64,000 nt of DNA from an uncultured Nitrospiraceae bacterium (GCA_964587655.1 CAZPMT010000010.1:16506-80505); one strand, 5' to 3'; counted from the first letter of the stretch, positions 26,052 to 36,519 are shown. Program-made: numbers and translations. Notes: generated from the sequence alone by a model not told the origin.

Positions 26052-26873
26052 ATGGCCAAGATGAAGGTCGGCTTGGTCGGCTGCGGAAACATCGCGGCCG
26101 ACTTGTGCATCGCACTGCAAAAGGGAACGATCCCTGCGGAGATCGCAGCCTTAACGGACATTGATGAGTCCCGTGCAAGGCTTATGCTCCGCACGTTTCA
26201 GTTGAATGCAGCGGTATGCGGGCTGGACGAGAACGCGTCGCTCGCGGATTTCATCGTGGAATGCGCCGTGGCCGACGTCGTGGAAGGGGTGCTCCTGGCC
26301 TCGATGAAGCGTCATCGGGACTGCCTGATCATGAGCGTGGGCGGTTTGATGGCCCACCCCGATCTTTTGGAGCAGGCCCGGAAGAGGAACATCCAGGTGC
26401 ACGTGCCCTCGGGGGCGGTGTGCGGGCTGGATGGAATTCGCGCCGCGATGGAGGCGGGACTTCACAGCGTCACGTTGACGACGCGGAAACCGCCGCGCGG
26501 TCTGGCCGGGGCGCCGTACCTGGTGGAGAACAACATCAACCTCGATGACCTGAGCGAGCCGCTGGTCATCTTCGAGGGAACGGCGTTGGAGGCCATCAAG
26601 GCGTTTCCGCAGAACGTGAACGTGGCCGGGGCGCTGAGCCTGATGGGCATCGGTCCGCTGGAAACGCGGGTACGGATCATCGCCGACCCGCGCGCCACCG
26701 CCAACACGCATGAGATTGTAGCCGAGGGCGCATTCGGGCGCCTTCAAACGATAACGGAGAACATGCCGTCGCCGCGCAACGCGAAATCAAGCTATCTGGC
26801 TTCACTTTCCGCGTGCGCGGTGTTGCGCGCGGCCGCGGCGGCGTTCGCGGCGGCGCATGGTGAAAACGACTAG
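26052..26873 (+). CDS. nadX: L-aspartate dehydrogenase (DUF108 family)
   Basis: GGAG SD, then ATG 26052. Rossmann KVGLVGCGNIA. Conserved AsDH core GAVCGLDGIRAA and FEG.A.EA..FPQNVNVAGAL. Confidence 0.75.
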   Translation: MAKMKVGLVGCGNIAADLCIALQKGTIPAEIAALTDIDESRARLMLRTFQLNAAVCGLDENASLADFIVECAVADVVEGVLLASMKRHRDCLIMSVGGLMAHPDLLEQARKRNIQVHVPSGAVCGLDGIRAAMEAGLHSVTLTTRKPPRGLAGAPYLVENNINLDDLSEPLVIFEGTALEAIKAFPQNVNVAGALSLMGIGPLETRVRIIADPRATANTHEIVAEGAFGRLQTITENMPSPRNAKSSYLASLSACAVLRAAAAAFAAAHGEND

Positions 26874-26917
26874 GCCATCCCGGAAACGACCGGGCCGGCC
26901 ATGAGTGGAGAACAGAC

Positions 26918-27229
26918 ATGTACGCGGTAGTGGAAACAGGTGGAAAACAAGAGAAGGTATCTGTCGGCGACGTCTTTCGGACGGAACTGCTGGACGCGCC
27001 GGTGGGCGAAATCGTCGAGCTGACGGGCGTACGTCTGTTGGTCAAGGACGATGCCATTGTGACGTCGCCCGCCGATCTTGCCAACGCTAAGGTCGTGTGC
27101 GAAATCGTCGGCCAGGATCGGAGCAAGAAGATCATCGTATTCAAGCGCAAGCGCAAGAAGAACTACATGCGCAAGAATGGACATCGCCAGTTCTACACGT
27201 CTTTGAAGGTCAACGAAATCGTCGGCTGA
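26918..27229 (+). CDS. rplU: 50S ribosomal protein L21
   Basis: [11 protein letters not shown]... is the canonical L21 N-terminus. Confidence 0.95.
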   Translation: MYAVVETGGKQEKVSVGDVFRTELLDAPVGEIVELTGVRLLVKDDAIVTSPADLANAKVVCEIVGQDRSKKIIVFKRKRKKNYMRKNGHRQFYTSLKVNEIVG

Positions 27230-27278
27230 GACGGGAACCCGCGCGCGGCGTTTCGCGCAGCGATTTTGGAGAGGGATT

Positions 27279-27542
27279 ATGGCTCACAAGAAGGGCGGCG
27301 GCAGTTCGAGAAACGGTCGCGACAGTAATTCACAACGGCTTGGCGTCAAGAAGTTCGGCGGCGAGCACGTCATTGCGGGCAACATCATCGTGCGTCAACG
27401 CGGGACGCAGTTCCACCCGGGGCGGAACGTTGGTCTGGGAAAAGACCACACGCTGTTCGCGCTTATCGAAGGCGTCGTTCAGTTCCGGCAGGTCCGCAAG
27501 CATCGGATGTGCATTGACGTCGTTGCCGCGCCCGCCAACTAG
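27279..27542 (+). CDS. rpmA: 50S ribosomal protein L27
   Basis: [16 protein letters not shown]... is canonical L27. Confidence 0.95.
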   Translation: MAHKKGGGSSRNGRDSNSQRLGVKKFGGEHVIAGNIIVRQRGTQFHPGRNVGLGKDHTLFALIEGVVQFRQVRKHRMCIDVVAAPAN

Positions 27543-27617
27543 GCCGACCATCGCCGCCGAGCGCCGTTTCCGCCACGTCGGATCGGAGATGCCTTCGGCG
27601 CGGGACAGCAGCTTGCC

Positions 27618-28871
27618 ATGTTCGTCGATCAAGCACGGATTAAGGTGACCGCGGGCGCGGGCGGCAATGGTTGCTGCAGTTTCCGGAGAGAGAAGTACGT
27701 TCCACGCGGGGGGCCCAACGGCGGGGACGGGGGCAAGGGCGGCGATGTGTTTTTCGTGGCCGACTTGCGTCTTACGTCCATGCTGGACCTCCGTCATCAC
27801 GCCCACTGGAAATCCGAACGCGGCGAACACGGCCAGGGCAGTGACTGCCACGGAAAAAGCGGCGCCGACTCGCTGGTATCGGTCCCGCTCGGCACGCTGG
27901 TGCGCGATTTCGAGACCAGCGAGATCCTTGCCGACCTTGTCGAAGAAGGGCAGCGCTTTCTGGCCGGCCGCGGCGGCCGCGGCGGCCGCGGAAATGCGCG
28001 GTTCGTAAGCTCAACAAACCGCGCTCCCAAGTTTGCAGAACTGGGAGAGCCGGGCCAGGAACGCGAGTTCCTGCTCGAACTGAAGGTAATCGCGGAAGTC
28101 GGAATCGTGGGGCTGCCCAACGCTGGAAAGTCCACGCTGCTGGCGGCGGCCAGCGCCGCGCACCCGAAGATCGACGACTACCCCTTCACGACGCTCTCGC
28201 CGAATCTCGGCGTCGCGCAACTCTCGGATTACCGCACGCTGACGATGGCCGACATCCCGGGGATCATCGAGGGCGCCGCGGACGGCAAGGGATTGGGCCA
28301 CGACTTTCTGCGGCACATCGAGCGCACGAAGCTGCTCGTGTTTCTTATTGATCTGGGGGATGATGATCCCGTCAAGACCCGCGAAGTGCTTGAAAACGAG
28401 CTTGCGCAGTATAGCGATGTCTTCAAGGATCGTCCGCGCGTCTTCGTGCTGAATAAGGCAGACATCCCGGAGAATCGCGAACGCTTCGGCGCTGTAGCCG
28501 AGGCATTCGACCATCCCTTTCTAATATCCGGCGTCACGGGCGAAGGCGTTGCGGATCTTATCGAAGCGCTTTGGGGCATCGTTGATCGCATCCGCAAGGA
28601 AGGCGACGCCGCCGCGATCCCACTCACCGAGCGAGAGTATACTTATGAGGCGCCGTTCACGGTCGAGGCGTTTGGCGATTCCTTCCGGATCGAGGGGAAG
28701 AGGATCGAGCAGGCGGTCAAGATGACGAACTTCGAGAATGAATTTGCGGTGCGTCACCTGCAACAGACGCTCCAACGGATGGGCGTCCTCAAGGCGCTCA
28801 AGCGGATGGGCGCGCGCGAAGGCCAGGAGATCGCCATTGGAGACGTCCAACTTGAATACCGTCCCGACTGA
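27618..28871 (+). CDS. obg: GTPase Obg/CgtA
   Basis: Obg fold N-domain (GGxGGxGG repeats), G domain GLPNAGKST, C-terminal OCT domain. Confidence 0.95.
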   Translation: MFVDQARIKVTAGAGGNGCCSFRREKYVPRGGPNGGDGGKGGDVFFVADLRLTSMLDLRHHAHWKSERGEHGQGSDCHGKSGADSLVSVPLGTLVRDFETSEILADLVEEGQRFLAGRGGRGGRGNARFVSSTNRAPKFAELGEPGQEREFLLELKVIAEVGIVGLPNAGKSTLLAAASAAHPKIDDYPFTTLSPNLGVAQLSDYRTLTMADIPGIIEGAADGKGLGHDFLRHIERTKLLVFLIDLGDDDPVKTREVLENELAQYSDVFKDRPRVFVLNKADIPENRERFGAVAEAFDHPFLISGVTGEGVADLIEALWGIVDRIRKEGDAAAIPLTEREYTYEAPFTVEAFGDSFRIEGKRIEQAVKMTNFENEFAVRHLQQTLQRMGVLKALKRMGAREGQEIAIGDVQLEYRPD

Positions 28872-29979
28872 TATCCGCACACTGGTCGTCAAGATCGGCA
28901 CGACACTGCTGAGCGGGGAACGTCCGTTCGACGGGCAACTGCTCGAGGACATCGTCAAGGATCTGGCGCGGATCAAACGTGAACGGGTGATGAACGTGTT
29001 GATCGTCTCGTCGGGGGCCATCGGTTGCGGCATGAACGCACTCGGGATAACGGAACGTCCGAAACTGCTCCCGCTGAAACAAGCGACCGCCGCGGTGGGC
29101 CAGTCCATTCTAATGCATTACTACGAGGCCCTCTTCCGCGCGTACGGCGAGGGACTGAAAACGGCGCAGGTGCTGCTGTCGGCTTCGGATCTCGACAACC
29201 GGCAGTCGTATCTCAACGTCAGAAACACGATCAAGACCTTGTTCGATCTCGAGAACGTCATACCGATTGTCAACGAGAACGACTCGACGGCCATCGAGGA
29301 ACTCAAGTTCGGCGACAATGACACGCTCGCCGCGAAAATCGCGGCCAAGATTGACGCGGATCTCCTGATTATTCTCAGCGACGTGGACGGCCTCTATGAC
29401 GGGAACCCCGCCAAGAATAAGTCGGCGAAACTCATCGAGCACGTCGCGAAGATAACGCGGGAGATCGAAGCGCTCGCCGGCGATACCGTCGTCGAGACCT
29501 CCGTCGGCGGAATGCTAACGAAACTCGCGGCGGCGAAGATCACATGCTCCGCGGGCGTCCCCATGGTCATCGCAAACGGCCGCACGCCGCACATCATCGC
29601 CGACGTGCTGGCGGGCAAGGCGCGCGCAACGGTATTCGGCCCTGCCCAAGAGGCGCTTTCGCACCGCAAGCGGTGGATCGCTTTCGGGCGAAAGGTGCAG
29701 GGGGCGGTACACGTCGACGACGGCGCGCGCAACGCGCTGCTGAATCGCGGAACGAGCCTGCTGCCGGCGGGCATCACGCGCGTCGAGGGCAGCTTCGGCG
29801 TCGGCGCGGCCGTGCGCGTCGTGGATTCATCAGGCAGGGATATCGCGCGGGGCCTTGTCAACTTTTCATCCGAAGAGATCGTGCGCATACTGGGCCGAAA
29901 GAGCAAGGAGATCCCGGCCATCCTTGGACACCGGGATTTCGACGAGGTCATTCACCGCGACAACCTTGTCATCCTGTAA
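28852..29979 (+). CDS. proB: Glutamate 5-kinase with C-terminal PUA domain
   Basis: TLVVKIGTTLL kinase N-terminus and a PUA region. Probable TTG start at 28852 (GGAG 9 nt upstream) overlaps obg by 20 nt. The track ORF from ATG 28738 would overlap obg by 134 nt. Confidence 0.8.
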   Translation: MNTVPTDIRTLVVKIGTTLLSGERPFDGQLLEDIVKDLARIKRERVMNVLIVSSGAIGCGMNALGITERPKLLPLKQATAAVGQSILMHYYEALFRAYGEGLKTAQVLLSASDLDNRQSYLNVRNTIKTLFDLENVIPIVNENDSTAIEELKFGDNDTLAAKIAAKIDADLLIILSDVDGLYDGNPAKNKSAKLIEHVAKITREIEALAGDTVVETSVGGMLTKLAAAKITCSAGVPMVIANGRTPHIIADVLAGKARATVFGPAQEALSHRKRWIAFGRKVQGAVHVDDGARNALLNRGTSLLPAGITRVEGSFGVGAAVRVVDSSGRDIARGLVNFSSEEIVRILGRKSKEIPAILGHRDFDEVIHRDNLVIL

Positions 29980-30038
29980 CACGCGGCCGGTATCGCGTAT
30001 CATTACTCGCCAGCCGGTTGCAGCGGGAGATCGTGAAC

Positions 30039-31292
30039 ATGGATTTTCAGGAAGAGATGGAACGGATCGGACGGCAGGCGCGTGTTGCGGCCCATGCTTT
30101 GCGCTCGATGACAAGCGCGGTGAAGGATGCGGCCTTGAATGGAATCGCGGGGAAACTACGCGCATCGAAGGAACTGCTGCGGCGGGAGAATGAAAAGGAT
30201 CTGAAAGCCGGGCGCGACAAGGGGCTGTCGGACGCCATGCTGGACCGCCTCGAGTTGAGCGACAAGCAGATCGAGGCGATGGCCGAGGGGTTGGAAACGG
30301 TCGCGGCGCTCGCGGATCCCGTCGGCGAAATCGTCACGCAAACAGTACGCCCGAACGGTCTCCGGATCGCGCAGATCCGCCAGCCGATCGGCGTGGTGGG
30401 CATCATATACGAAAGCCGTCCGAACGTGACGGCGGACGCGGCCGCGTTGTGTCTGAAGTCGGGCAACGCCTGCATCCTCCGCGGCGGATCGGAAGCGATC
30501 CACAGCAACCTGGCGATTGCGCGCGTCTTTGTCGAGGGAGCCGTTGCCGCGGGTGTTCCGGAGCACGCGGTGCAGATGGTGGCGACGACGGATCGCGAGG
30601 CAGTCGGGGCTATGCTCAAGATGGACCGATATATCGACGTCATTGTGCCCCGTGGAGGCAAGGGCCTCATCGCGCGAATCCTCGATGAGTCGCGGATCCC
30701 GGTGGTGGCGCACCTCGACGGCATCTGCCATACGTACGTTCACGATGACGCGGACCTCGCCATGGCGAAGAAGATCTGCATCAACGCGAAACTGCAACGG
30801 CCCGGCGTCTGCAACGCAATGGAAACGCTGCTGGTCCATGAGGCGGTGGCGGGCGCGTTCCTGCCCGACGTCGCGCGGGCGCTCCGGGAAGGCCAGTGCG
30901 AGTTGCGGGGTTGTCCGAAGACGCGCGCGATTATCGAGTGCCTCCCGGCGACGGAAGAAGACTGGCGCACCGAGTACCTTGACCGCATCTTGTCGATCAA
31001 GGTCATCGGATCGCTTTCAGAAGCCGTCGAACACATCAACTCCTACGGTTCGCACCATTCGGACGCGATCATTACGGAGGGTTACGCGCCCGCGGAACGA
31101 TTCCTCGACGAGGTGGACAGCGCGACCGTCTATGTGAATGCATCGACGCGGTTCACGGACGGGTTCGAGTTCGGCCTGGGCGCGGAAATCGGCATCAGCA
31201 CTAACAAGCTACACTGCCGAGGTCCGATGGCCCTTCGAGAGCTAACGACGCTGAAGTATGTCATTCGAGGATCGGGCCAGATACGTGAGTAA
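30039..31292 (+). CDS. proA: Gamma-glutamyl phosphate reductase
   Basis: GGGAGA SD, then ATG 30039. Aldehyde dehydrogenase fold with the ProA catalytic Cys region. The track ORF from 29544 is an N-terminal over-extension. Confidence 0.9.
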   Translation: MDFQEEMERIGRQARVAAHALRSMTSAVKDAALNGIAGKLRASKELLRRENEKDLKAGRDKGLSDAMLDRLELSDKQIEAMAEGLETVAALADPVGEIVTQTVRPNGLRIAQIRQPIGVVGIIYESRPNVTADAAALCLKSGNACILRGGSEAIHSNLAIARVFVEGAVAAGVPEHAVQMVATTDREAVGAMLKMDRYIDVIVPRGGKGLIARILDESRIPVVAHLDGICHTYVHDDADLAMAKKICINAKLQRPGVCNAMETLLVHEAVAGAFLPDVARALREGQCELRGCPKTRAIIECLPATEEDWRTEYLDRILSIKVIGSLSEAVEHINSYGSHHSDAIITEGYAPAERFLDEVDSATVYVNASTRFTDGFEFGLGAEIGISTNKLHCRGPMALRELTTLKYVIRGSGQIRE

Positions 31293-31881
31293 GCAGGAGC
31301 GGATCGGGATCTTCGGGGGCACGTTCGACCCGATACACAATGCCCATATCGACATCGCGCGGGCCGCGCTCGAGGAGGCGCGCCTCGACCGAATCATCTT
31401 CGTGGTCTCCGCGCGCCCTCCGCATAAGCAAGGGGGGCCCTACGCTTCGCCGGAGGATCGGTTTGCCATGGCCGCCGCGGCGGTTCAGGAGAACCCGCGA
31501 TTCAAGGTCTCGCGAGTGGAGATCGACCGCGAAGGGCCATCCTACATGGTTGACACGCTCGACGAGATCGCAGAGATGCATCGCGATGCCGCGTTGTTCC
31601 TCATCATCGGGCTCGACTCCTTTCTCGATCTTCCGAAATGGAAGAATCCCGAAGGAATACTGTCTCGTGTGCGGCTGCTGGTCATACGCAGACCGAACCT
31701 GCCCAATGAAGCGCCCGCCCTGTTGAAGGGCCGCTATGACGTGCTCGCGTTTCCGGAAACGGAGCTATCCTCGACTGAAGTGCGCGACCGGATCGTTGCG
31801 GAAGCCCCCTTTGGGGACCTCGTTCCTCCGCCGGTAGCCCGGCTCATACGCGAAAGAGGGATCTACCGTGTCGATCATTGA
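31258..31881 (+). CDS. nadD: Nicotinate-nucleotide adenylyltransferase
   Basis: GIFGGTFDPIHNAH (H/TxGH motif) and SxRPPHK. Start is ATG 31258 or GTG 31285. Confidence 0.85.
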   Translation: MSFEDRARYVSKQERIGIFGGTFDPIHNAHIDIARAALEEARLDRIIFVVSARPPHKQGGPYASPEDRFAMAAAAVQENPRFKVSRVEIDREGPSYMVDTLDEIAEMHRDAALFLIIGLDSFLDLPKWKNPEGILSRVRLLVIRRPNLPNEAPALLKGRYDVLAFPETELSSTEVRDRIVAEAPFGDLVPPPVARLIRERGIYRVDH

Positions 31882-32455
31882 GACCGCACGCGCCAAGGAA
31901 TTCGTGAGCCTGCTGCGGGCGCGCGTGCCCGACCATACGCTGCAGCATTGCATTTTCGCGGCGGAATATATGGCGTCGTTCGCCGTTCAGGCGGAGATCA
32001 CAAACGATCAGGCCGTCACCGCCGCTCTCTTGCACGATCTGTGCAAGGGGATGGCCGATGCGGAACTGCTGGCGGCCGCGAACGAGCACGGCATCATGCC
32101 GAACGACACGCAGCGGCTGAAACCGGGTCTCCTGCACGGGCCGGTGGCCGCAGAAGAATGCCGGCGCGATCTCGGCATCGCCGATCAAGCCGTTTACGAC
32201 GCGATCTATTGGCACAGCACCGGACGTCCCGAATGGGGCAACGTGGGCTTGGCGCTCTACGTGGCCGATTTCGCCGAGCCTTCGCGGACGTACTCGGAGG
32301 CGGAGGAGGCCCGGCGAATTCTCCGCCGCGAGGGCTTCAAGCCTGCGTTGCGATACGTGTCAACGAGAAAACTGGAACATGTCCGCACAAAACCTCACGT
32401 GGACCCAGCTACGGAAGCTTTCCACGCGTGGCTCACGGCGGAGTTCGATCGATGA
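31868..32455 (+). CDS. yqeK: HD-domain protein YqeK (bis(5'-nucleosyl)-tetraphosphatase family)
   Basis: HC..A...A, LLHDL and YWHSTG motifs. Conserved position downstream of nadD. GTG start overlaps the nadD end. Confidence 0.8.
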   Translation: MSIIETARAKEFVSLLRARVPDHTLQHCIFAAEYMASFAVQAEITNDQAVTAALLHDLCKGMADAELLAAANEHGIMPNDTQRLKPGLLHGPVAAEECRRDLGIADQAVYDAIYWHSTGRPEWGNVGLALYVADFAEPSRTYSEAEEARRILRREGFKPALRYVSTRKLEHVRTKPHVDPATEAFHAWLTAEFDR

Positions 32456-33231
32456 TCCCGCAGGACTCCTTCGGCGAGCTCGCGCCCTACTATGACCGGA
32501 TCATGGACCACGTGAACTACGACCGATGGTACATGGTCACGACGACGCTGGCCGCCATGCTTCCCGCCGGCTTCATGCACCTTGACGCGGCGTGCGGCAC
32601 CGGCACGTTGATCAAGCGGCTGCGCTCGAAAGGATGGAAGAGCGTAGGCACGGACCTCTCCTTCGCGATGATAAGGACCGGGAGGCAAACCGGGGCCGCG
32701 TTTCCGGGGGCTGCGAGCGATCTGCGCGCGTTGCCTATTTGCGGCGGGATCGATTACGTCACGTGCCTGTTTGACAGCGTCAATTTCCTGTTGTCGATCG
32801 AGGAGTTGATGAAAGCCTTCGGCGAATTCCGAAGCGTCATGACTCCGCGAGGCGTTCTTTACTTCGACGTGGTGACCGAACGGATGGTGACCGAGCATTT
32901 CGAAGACCAGGACTGGACCGAGGACAACGGGCGGTTCTCAACCGTGTGGCGAAGCCGCTACTCACGCAAGACGTGCATTGCCGAGACCTCCGTGCGCGTT
33001 AACGGCGGGCCGGAAGGCAGGGTTCGCGAGCGCATTTACACACAGAAGGAGATCGAACACGCGCTGGAACAAACCGGGCTTTCGTTGTTGGGGGCGTTTG
33101 ACGCACATACATGGAAGCCGCCGCACAAGCGCACGGTGCGAATCGACTTTGTCGCGGCCATCACGCCGTCGCGCGCGTTGCGCAAGCGGTTCGATTCGGT
33201 ATACGCTGAAGTTCGAGAACAACTCGCCTAG
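32452..33231 (+). CDS. Class I SAM-dependent methyltransferase
   Basis: ATGA overlap with the yqeK stop. Motif I LDAACGTGTL. The track ORF from 31948 is an over-extension in another gene's shadow. Confidence 0.7.
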   Translation: MIPQDSFGELAPYYDRIMDHVNYDRWYMVTTTLAAMLPAGFMHLDAACGTGTLIKRLRSKGWKSVGTDLSFAMIRTGRQTGAAFPGAASDLRALPICGGIDYVTCLFDSVNFLLSIEELMKAFGEFRSVMTPRGVLYFDVVTERMVTEHFEDQDWTEDNGRFSTVWRSRYSRKTCIAETSVRVNGGPEGRVRERIYTQKEIEHALEQTGLSLLGAFDAHTWKPPHKRTVRIDFVAAITPSRALRKRFDSVYAEVREQLA

Positions 33232-33252
33232 CGCAGGAAAGGTAGAGCCTTC

Positions 33253-34146
33253 GTGAAACCCAGAGAGATTCCCATCGCGCGTCGAGGCGCGGTCGCGCTT
33301 CCGCTGATCCTTCTGATGTTGGGGTGCGCCACGCGCGCGGAAAACGTTCATGAGATAACGAACGTCGCGCGGATAGAGGATTATCATCCGCATTGGGAGC
33401 CGCTGTTCAAGGGGATCGATCTTGCGCAAGGGCGGAAGATAGCGCCGGATCCTTTGGCCGTCTACGCAGTCCGGATGGATCTGAAGGAATCATCGATTGA
33501 ATTCCTGGCCACGCCGTCCAACGGAGATCGCCCCCTCGAAACGGACGGCAGAAAGACCAGCACTTTCCTGAAGGAGTTTCACTGTCAACTGGCGATAAAC
33601 GCCTCGCCGTTTTCGCAGGTCGAGGAAGGGGAAGGCGCCCCCAAGGACATTCTCGGGCTTTCGGCGTCCCGTGGCGATGTCTATTCACAACCTCACACTT
33701 CCCACTGCGCGCTGTTGATCTCGAAAGACAACAAGGTGTCCATCGCGGAGCCGCCGTTCAAAACTGAAGGCGTCTACAATGCCGTGAGTGGGTTCGGTAT
33801 GCTCCTCAAGAAGGGACGGAACGTCGGGAGCAACGATCAGCGGCACCCACGGACCGCGGCGGGCGTATCGAAGGATGGCCGCTATCTTTACTTGCTGCTG
33901 ATTGATGGCCGGCAGCCGCTCTACAGCATCGGCACGACGACGCAGGAAACAGCGGAGTGGATGAGACAGATCGGCGGGTATGATGCGCTGAACCTCGATG
34001 GCGGCGGCTCGACCACTCTGGTCATCTCCAATGGACAAGGCGGCGCGCAGATTCTGAATCGCCCCATCCACAACAAGATCCCGGGCACGGAGCGCGTGAA
34101 CGGAAATCACCTGGGCGTATGTGCAAAGCCGCTGAGAGCCAAGTGA
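33253..34146 (+). CDS. Lipoprotein, phosphodiester glycosidase (NAGPA/DUF2233) family
   Basis: Lipobox LLMLGC. Signature YDALNLDGGGSTTLVI near the C-terminus. Confidence 0.65.
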   Translation: MKPREIPIARRGAVALPLILLMLGCATRAENVHEITNVARIEDYHPHWEPLFKGIDLAQGRKIAPDPLAVYAVRMDLKESSIEFLATPSNGDRPLETDGRKTSTFLKEFHCQLAINASPFSQVEEGEGAPKDILGLSASRGDVYSQPHTSHCALLISKDNKVSIAEPPFKTEGVYNAVSGFGMLLKKGRNVGSNDQRHPRTAAGVSKDGRYLYLLLIDGRQPLYSIGTTTQETAEWMRQIGGYDALNLDGGGSTTLVISNGQGGAQILNRPIHNKIPGTERVNGNHLGVCAKPLRAK

Positions 34147-34208
34147 CAACCGCTCGGCCAGTCTCCGGAGAGCTGACCGGCGTTTCTAGGTTGAGCGTCT
34201 CCCCACTC

Positions 34209-34850
34209 CTAATCGTCGGCGCAGATCTCCGGGATGCCGATGTCCGCGATCACGAGCCGCCCGATGTATGGTCTTGAGGCGGGGTTGTCGAATCCGCGTT
34301 TCGCGAATTGAAAGGTTACGGTCACATCGGCGCGAATGCAGCATCCGCACGGCAGGCCTGTGTCCGCGTCAAGGCCTGAGGGCAGATCGACGGCAACCGT
34401 TCTTACATTGGGCCACGCCTTGATCGCGGCGCGCATGACGCCGCGGACCTCGCCCGAGATGCCCGTGCCAAGCAGGGCGTCCACAAGGACAGCACAACTG
34501 TCGAGACCTCGGAGGGCATCAGTGACGGCCGCCTCATCCTGAACGCTGTGAATTGTCCCGCCGAGGCGCTCGTAGACCTTCATGAAAGTCAGCGCGTCGC
34601 CTTGAATCGCAGCGGGGTCCGCGACGAGCACAACGCGCGTATCGAGTCCTGCAAGCATCGCGAGGCGCGCGACGACAAACCCGTCGCCGCCGTTGTTGCC
34701 CTTGCCGCAGACGATGCCCACCGGGCCGCGGTCAATCTCGCGAAACACCGCAAGCCCGGCGTTGTTCATCAATACGGCGCCGGGAATGCCAATCTCGTGA
34801 ATACAACGCCGATCCGCTTCACGCATCTGCGCCGCCGTGAGTGATTTCAT
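34209..34850 (-). CDS. nnrE: NAD(P)H-hydrate epimerase (YjeF N-terminal family)
   Basis: GIVCGKGNNGGDGFVVAR and LDALLGTG motifs. Stand-alone, not fused to nnrD. Confidence 0.8.
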   Translation of the reverse strand: MKSLTAAQMREADRRCIHEIGIPGAVLMNNAGLAVFREIDRGPVGIVCGKGNNGGDGFVVARLAMLAGLDTRVVLVADPAAIQGDALTFMKVYERLGGTIHSVQDEAAVTDALRGLDSCAVLVDALLGTGISGEVRGVMRAAIKAWPNVRTVAVDLPSGLDADTGLPCGCCIRADVTVTFQFAKRGFDNPASRPYIGRLVIADIGIPEICADD

Positions 34851-34873
34851 CGCGATGATGCTTTCTTCGGTGG

Positions 34874-36349
34874 TCAGTACTGCACACGGACGCGGTACTT
34901 GAGAACGGTCTCGCCGTTTACCGGGACCGGCAATGAGAACACGGCCGTCCGCGAATCTTTCTTCACAAACTCGTGGGATTTTTCGAGGATGGTCCAGTCT
35001 TCCGTCATGGGTTCGACGACGTCCACGGTAATGTTGTTCTGTTTGTGATTACGGATCTTGATCTCGTAGGCCGACTCGAAAATGCGGTCGGACAGCCGCT
35101 GAAAGTCGGTCTGCGTGCGTTCGCCGACAACGTCAAAGGCGTTGCCGAGGCGCAGGCGCACCTCCTCGTCTTTCGGCGTGTGTTTGATGTGGTCCTCGCC
35201 CGCGAACTGGAGCATTTTCTCGCTGTCTTCCTGATATACGCGCATGACGCCCGCGGGCAGGGGCATGCCGAGGTGGTTTTCCTCCTTGTTCATCATCTTC
35301 AGGAACACGCCCACTTTCTCTTCCTTCTGGGGCGGTATCGGCTGGCTGTAGAACCCCTCGTTCCCGCGATACTCGTAGACTTTGGCCACGGGCACGGCGG
35401 CGGCGGTAAGCAGACTGACTTGTTTCGACTCGTTCTGCTTGATGGTGGTCCGCCGCGGCAGCGTGTACAGGTGATATTCCGCGAAGGTTTCCTCGCGCAT
35501 CGGCGCGGGCCTGGCCATTTTAGCCATCGCCCCATCTGCCGCCATGGCAAGCCCCGCTCGCAACTCAGGTTGCACGATGTTGACTTCCCCGGCGACGACC
35601 TTCATCCGGGCGTTCGTGTATTGCGCGCCGGACTGATTGTTTAGGGTGACCCAACCTTCAAGATCCAGTTTCGTCTCCGTCTTGTCGAGCGTCACGACAT
35701 AGTCGGCGCTCCAACCGATTCCCGCGGTAAGATACGTCACCTCGACGTCGTGATCGGTGCCGTTGTTCTGAAGGATCCAGATCAGGGTGGGCTTGGCAAT
35801 CAGATTCTCCGGGATCTCGGGAAGGACGACTTGGCCGGGATGACCGAGGTAGATGTCCCTTCCAACCTTGTAGACCGGGCCTCCGTTGACGCTGAGGAGC
35901 TCGGCATCCACCTGCGAGAAGCTGACCTCGGTGCTCAGGTTGACCAAGCGGACTTGTTTGCCGACGTATTTCTCCATGAGCTTGGCGGGACTCACGAGGT
36001 CGTACGCGTAGTTCTGTTCAAGTATGGCCAAGGCGCCCGGCGCGCTGATGGACTTCAGACTGACGGTCTCGGGGCGGATCTTCTCGGCGACATCCATGAA
36101 CCTGAGGGACTGTTCGCCCGGGAGAAGCTTTATCTTGCGGCGATCGCGCACGAGTGCAAGGTCGTTGTTGTATATGGTCACGGCCACGTCTGTTTGATCT
36201 TGGAGGGTCGTTTCCGCCGAGACCACGGAGTTCTTCAGCGGATCGTTGAGTTTGGTTTGGGCGGGCGCCGGAGCCGCAGCTTCCTGTGCCGCGGCCATGC
36301 CCGTCAAGATGACCACGCAGGTCAGGGTCAAGGTCAAGTATCTGCTCAT
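34874..36349 (-). CDS. Secreted DUF4139/DUF4140-family protein
   Basis: ATG at 36349 with AAGGAGG 7 nt upstream. Signal peptide MSRYLTLTLTCVVILTGMAAA. The overall sequence resembles DUF4139 (mucoidy-inhibitor-like) proteins. Confidence 0.55.
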   Translation of the reverse strand: MSRYLTLTLTCVVILTGMAAAQEAAAPAPAQTKLNDPLKNSVVSAETTLQDQTDVAVTIYNNDLALVRDRRKIKLLPGEQSLRFMDVAEKIRPETVSLKSISAPGALAILEQNYAYDLVSPAKLMEKYVGKQVRLVNLSTEVSFSQVDAELLSVNGGPVYKVGRDIYLGHPGQVVLPEIPENLIAKPTLIWILQNNGTDHDVEVTYLTAGIGWSADYVVTLDKTETKLDLEGWVTLNNQSGAQYTNARMKVVAGEVNIVQPELRAGLAMAADGAMAKMARPAPMREETFAEYHLYTLPRRTTIKQNESKQVSLLTAAAVPVAKVYEYRGNEGFYSQPIPPQKEEKVGVFLKMMNKEENHLGMPLPAGVMRVYQEDSEKMLQFAGEDHIKHTPKDEEVRLRLGNAFDVVGERTQTDFQRLSDRIFESAYEIKIRNHKQNNITVDVVEPMTEDWTILEKSHEFVKKDSRTAVFSLPVPVNGETVLKYRVRVQY

Positions 36350-36519
36350 GACAAGCCTCCTTCTGGTGTTGTGCATCGAGTTCACGGAACATCATTCTAC
36401 CACGGATGTTCCTTGAACGTTAGACCCCAAACCCCGGTCTAGGTTCGGTGAGCGGGCGCACGAAGGAGAAAGGGGCAACTGAAGAACCAGTTGCCCCTGC
36501 GTTGCGCAATGATGCGGCG

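Noticed and set aside
29544-30038. N-terminal extensions of proA (29544), the methyltransferase (31948), ligA (to 47323), DUF58 (49607), the DegT aminotransferase (58419), nadX (25980) and the isomerase (248)
   Set aside because: The extensions overlap upstream genes or repeats, lack SD sequences, and internal starts with good SDs match homologue N-termini.
34147-34208. Imperfect palindrome CAGTCTCCGGAGAGCTG between convergent genes
   Set aside because: Short, imperfect and without a T-run. It could be a weak bidirectional terminator, but the evidence is insufficient for a feature call.
36421-36441. Hairpin TAGACCccaaaccccGGTCTA between the acyl-CoA dehydrogenase and DUF4139 genes
   Set aside because: 6-bp stem only, with no T-run on the transcribed (minus) strand. 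Noted as a possible terminator but not called.
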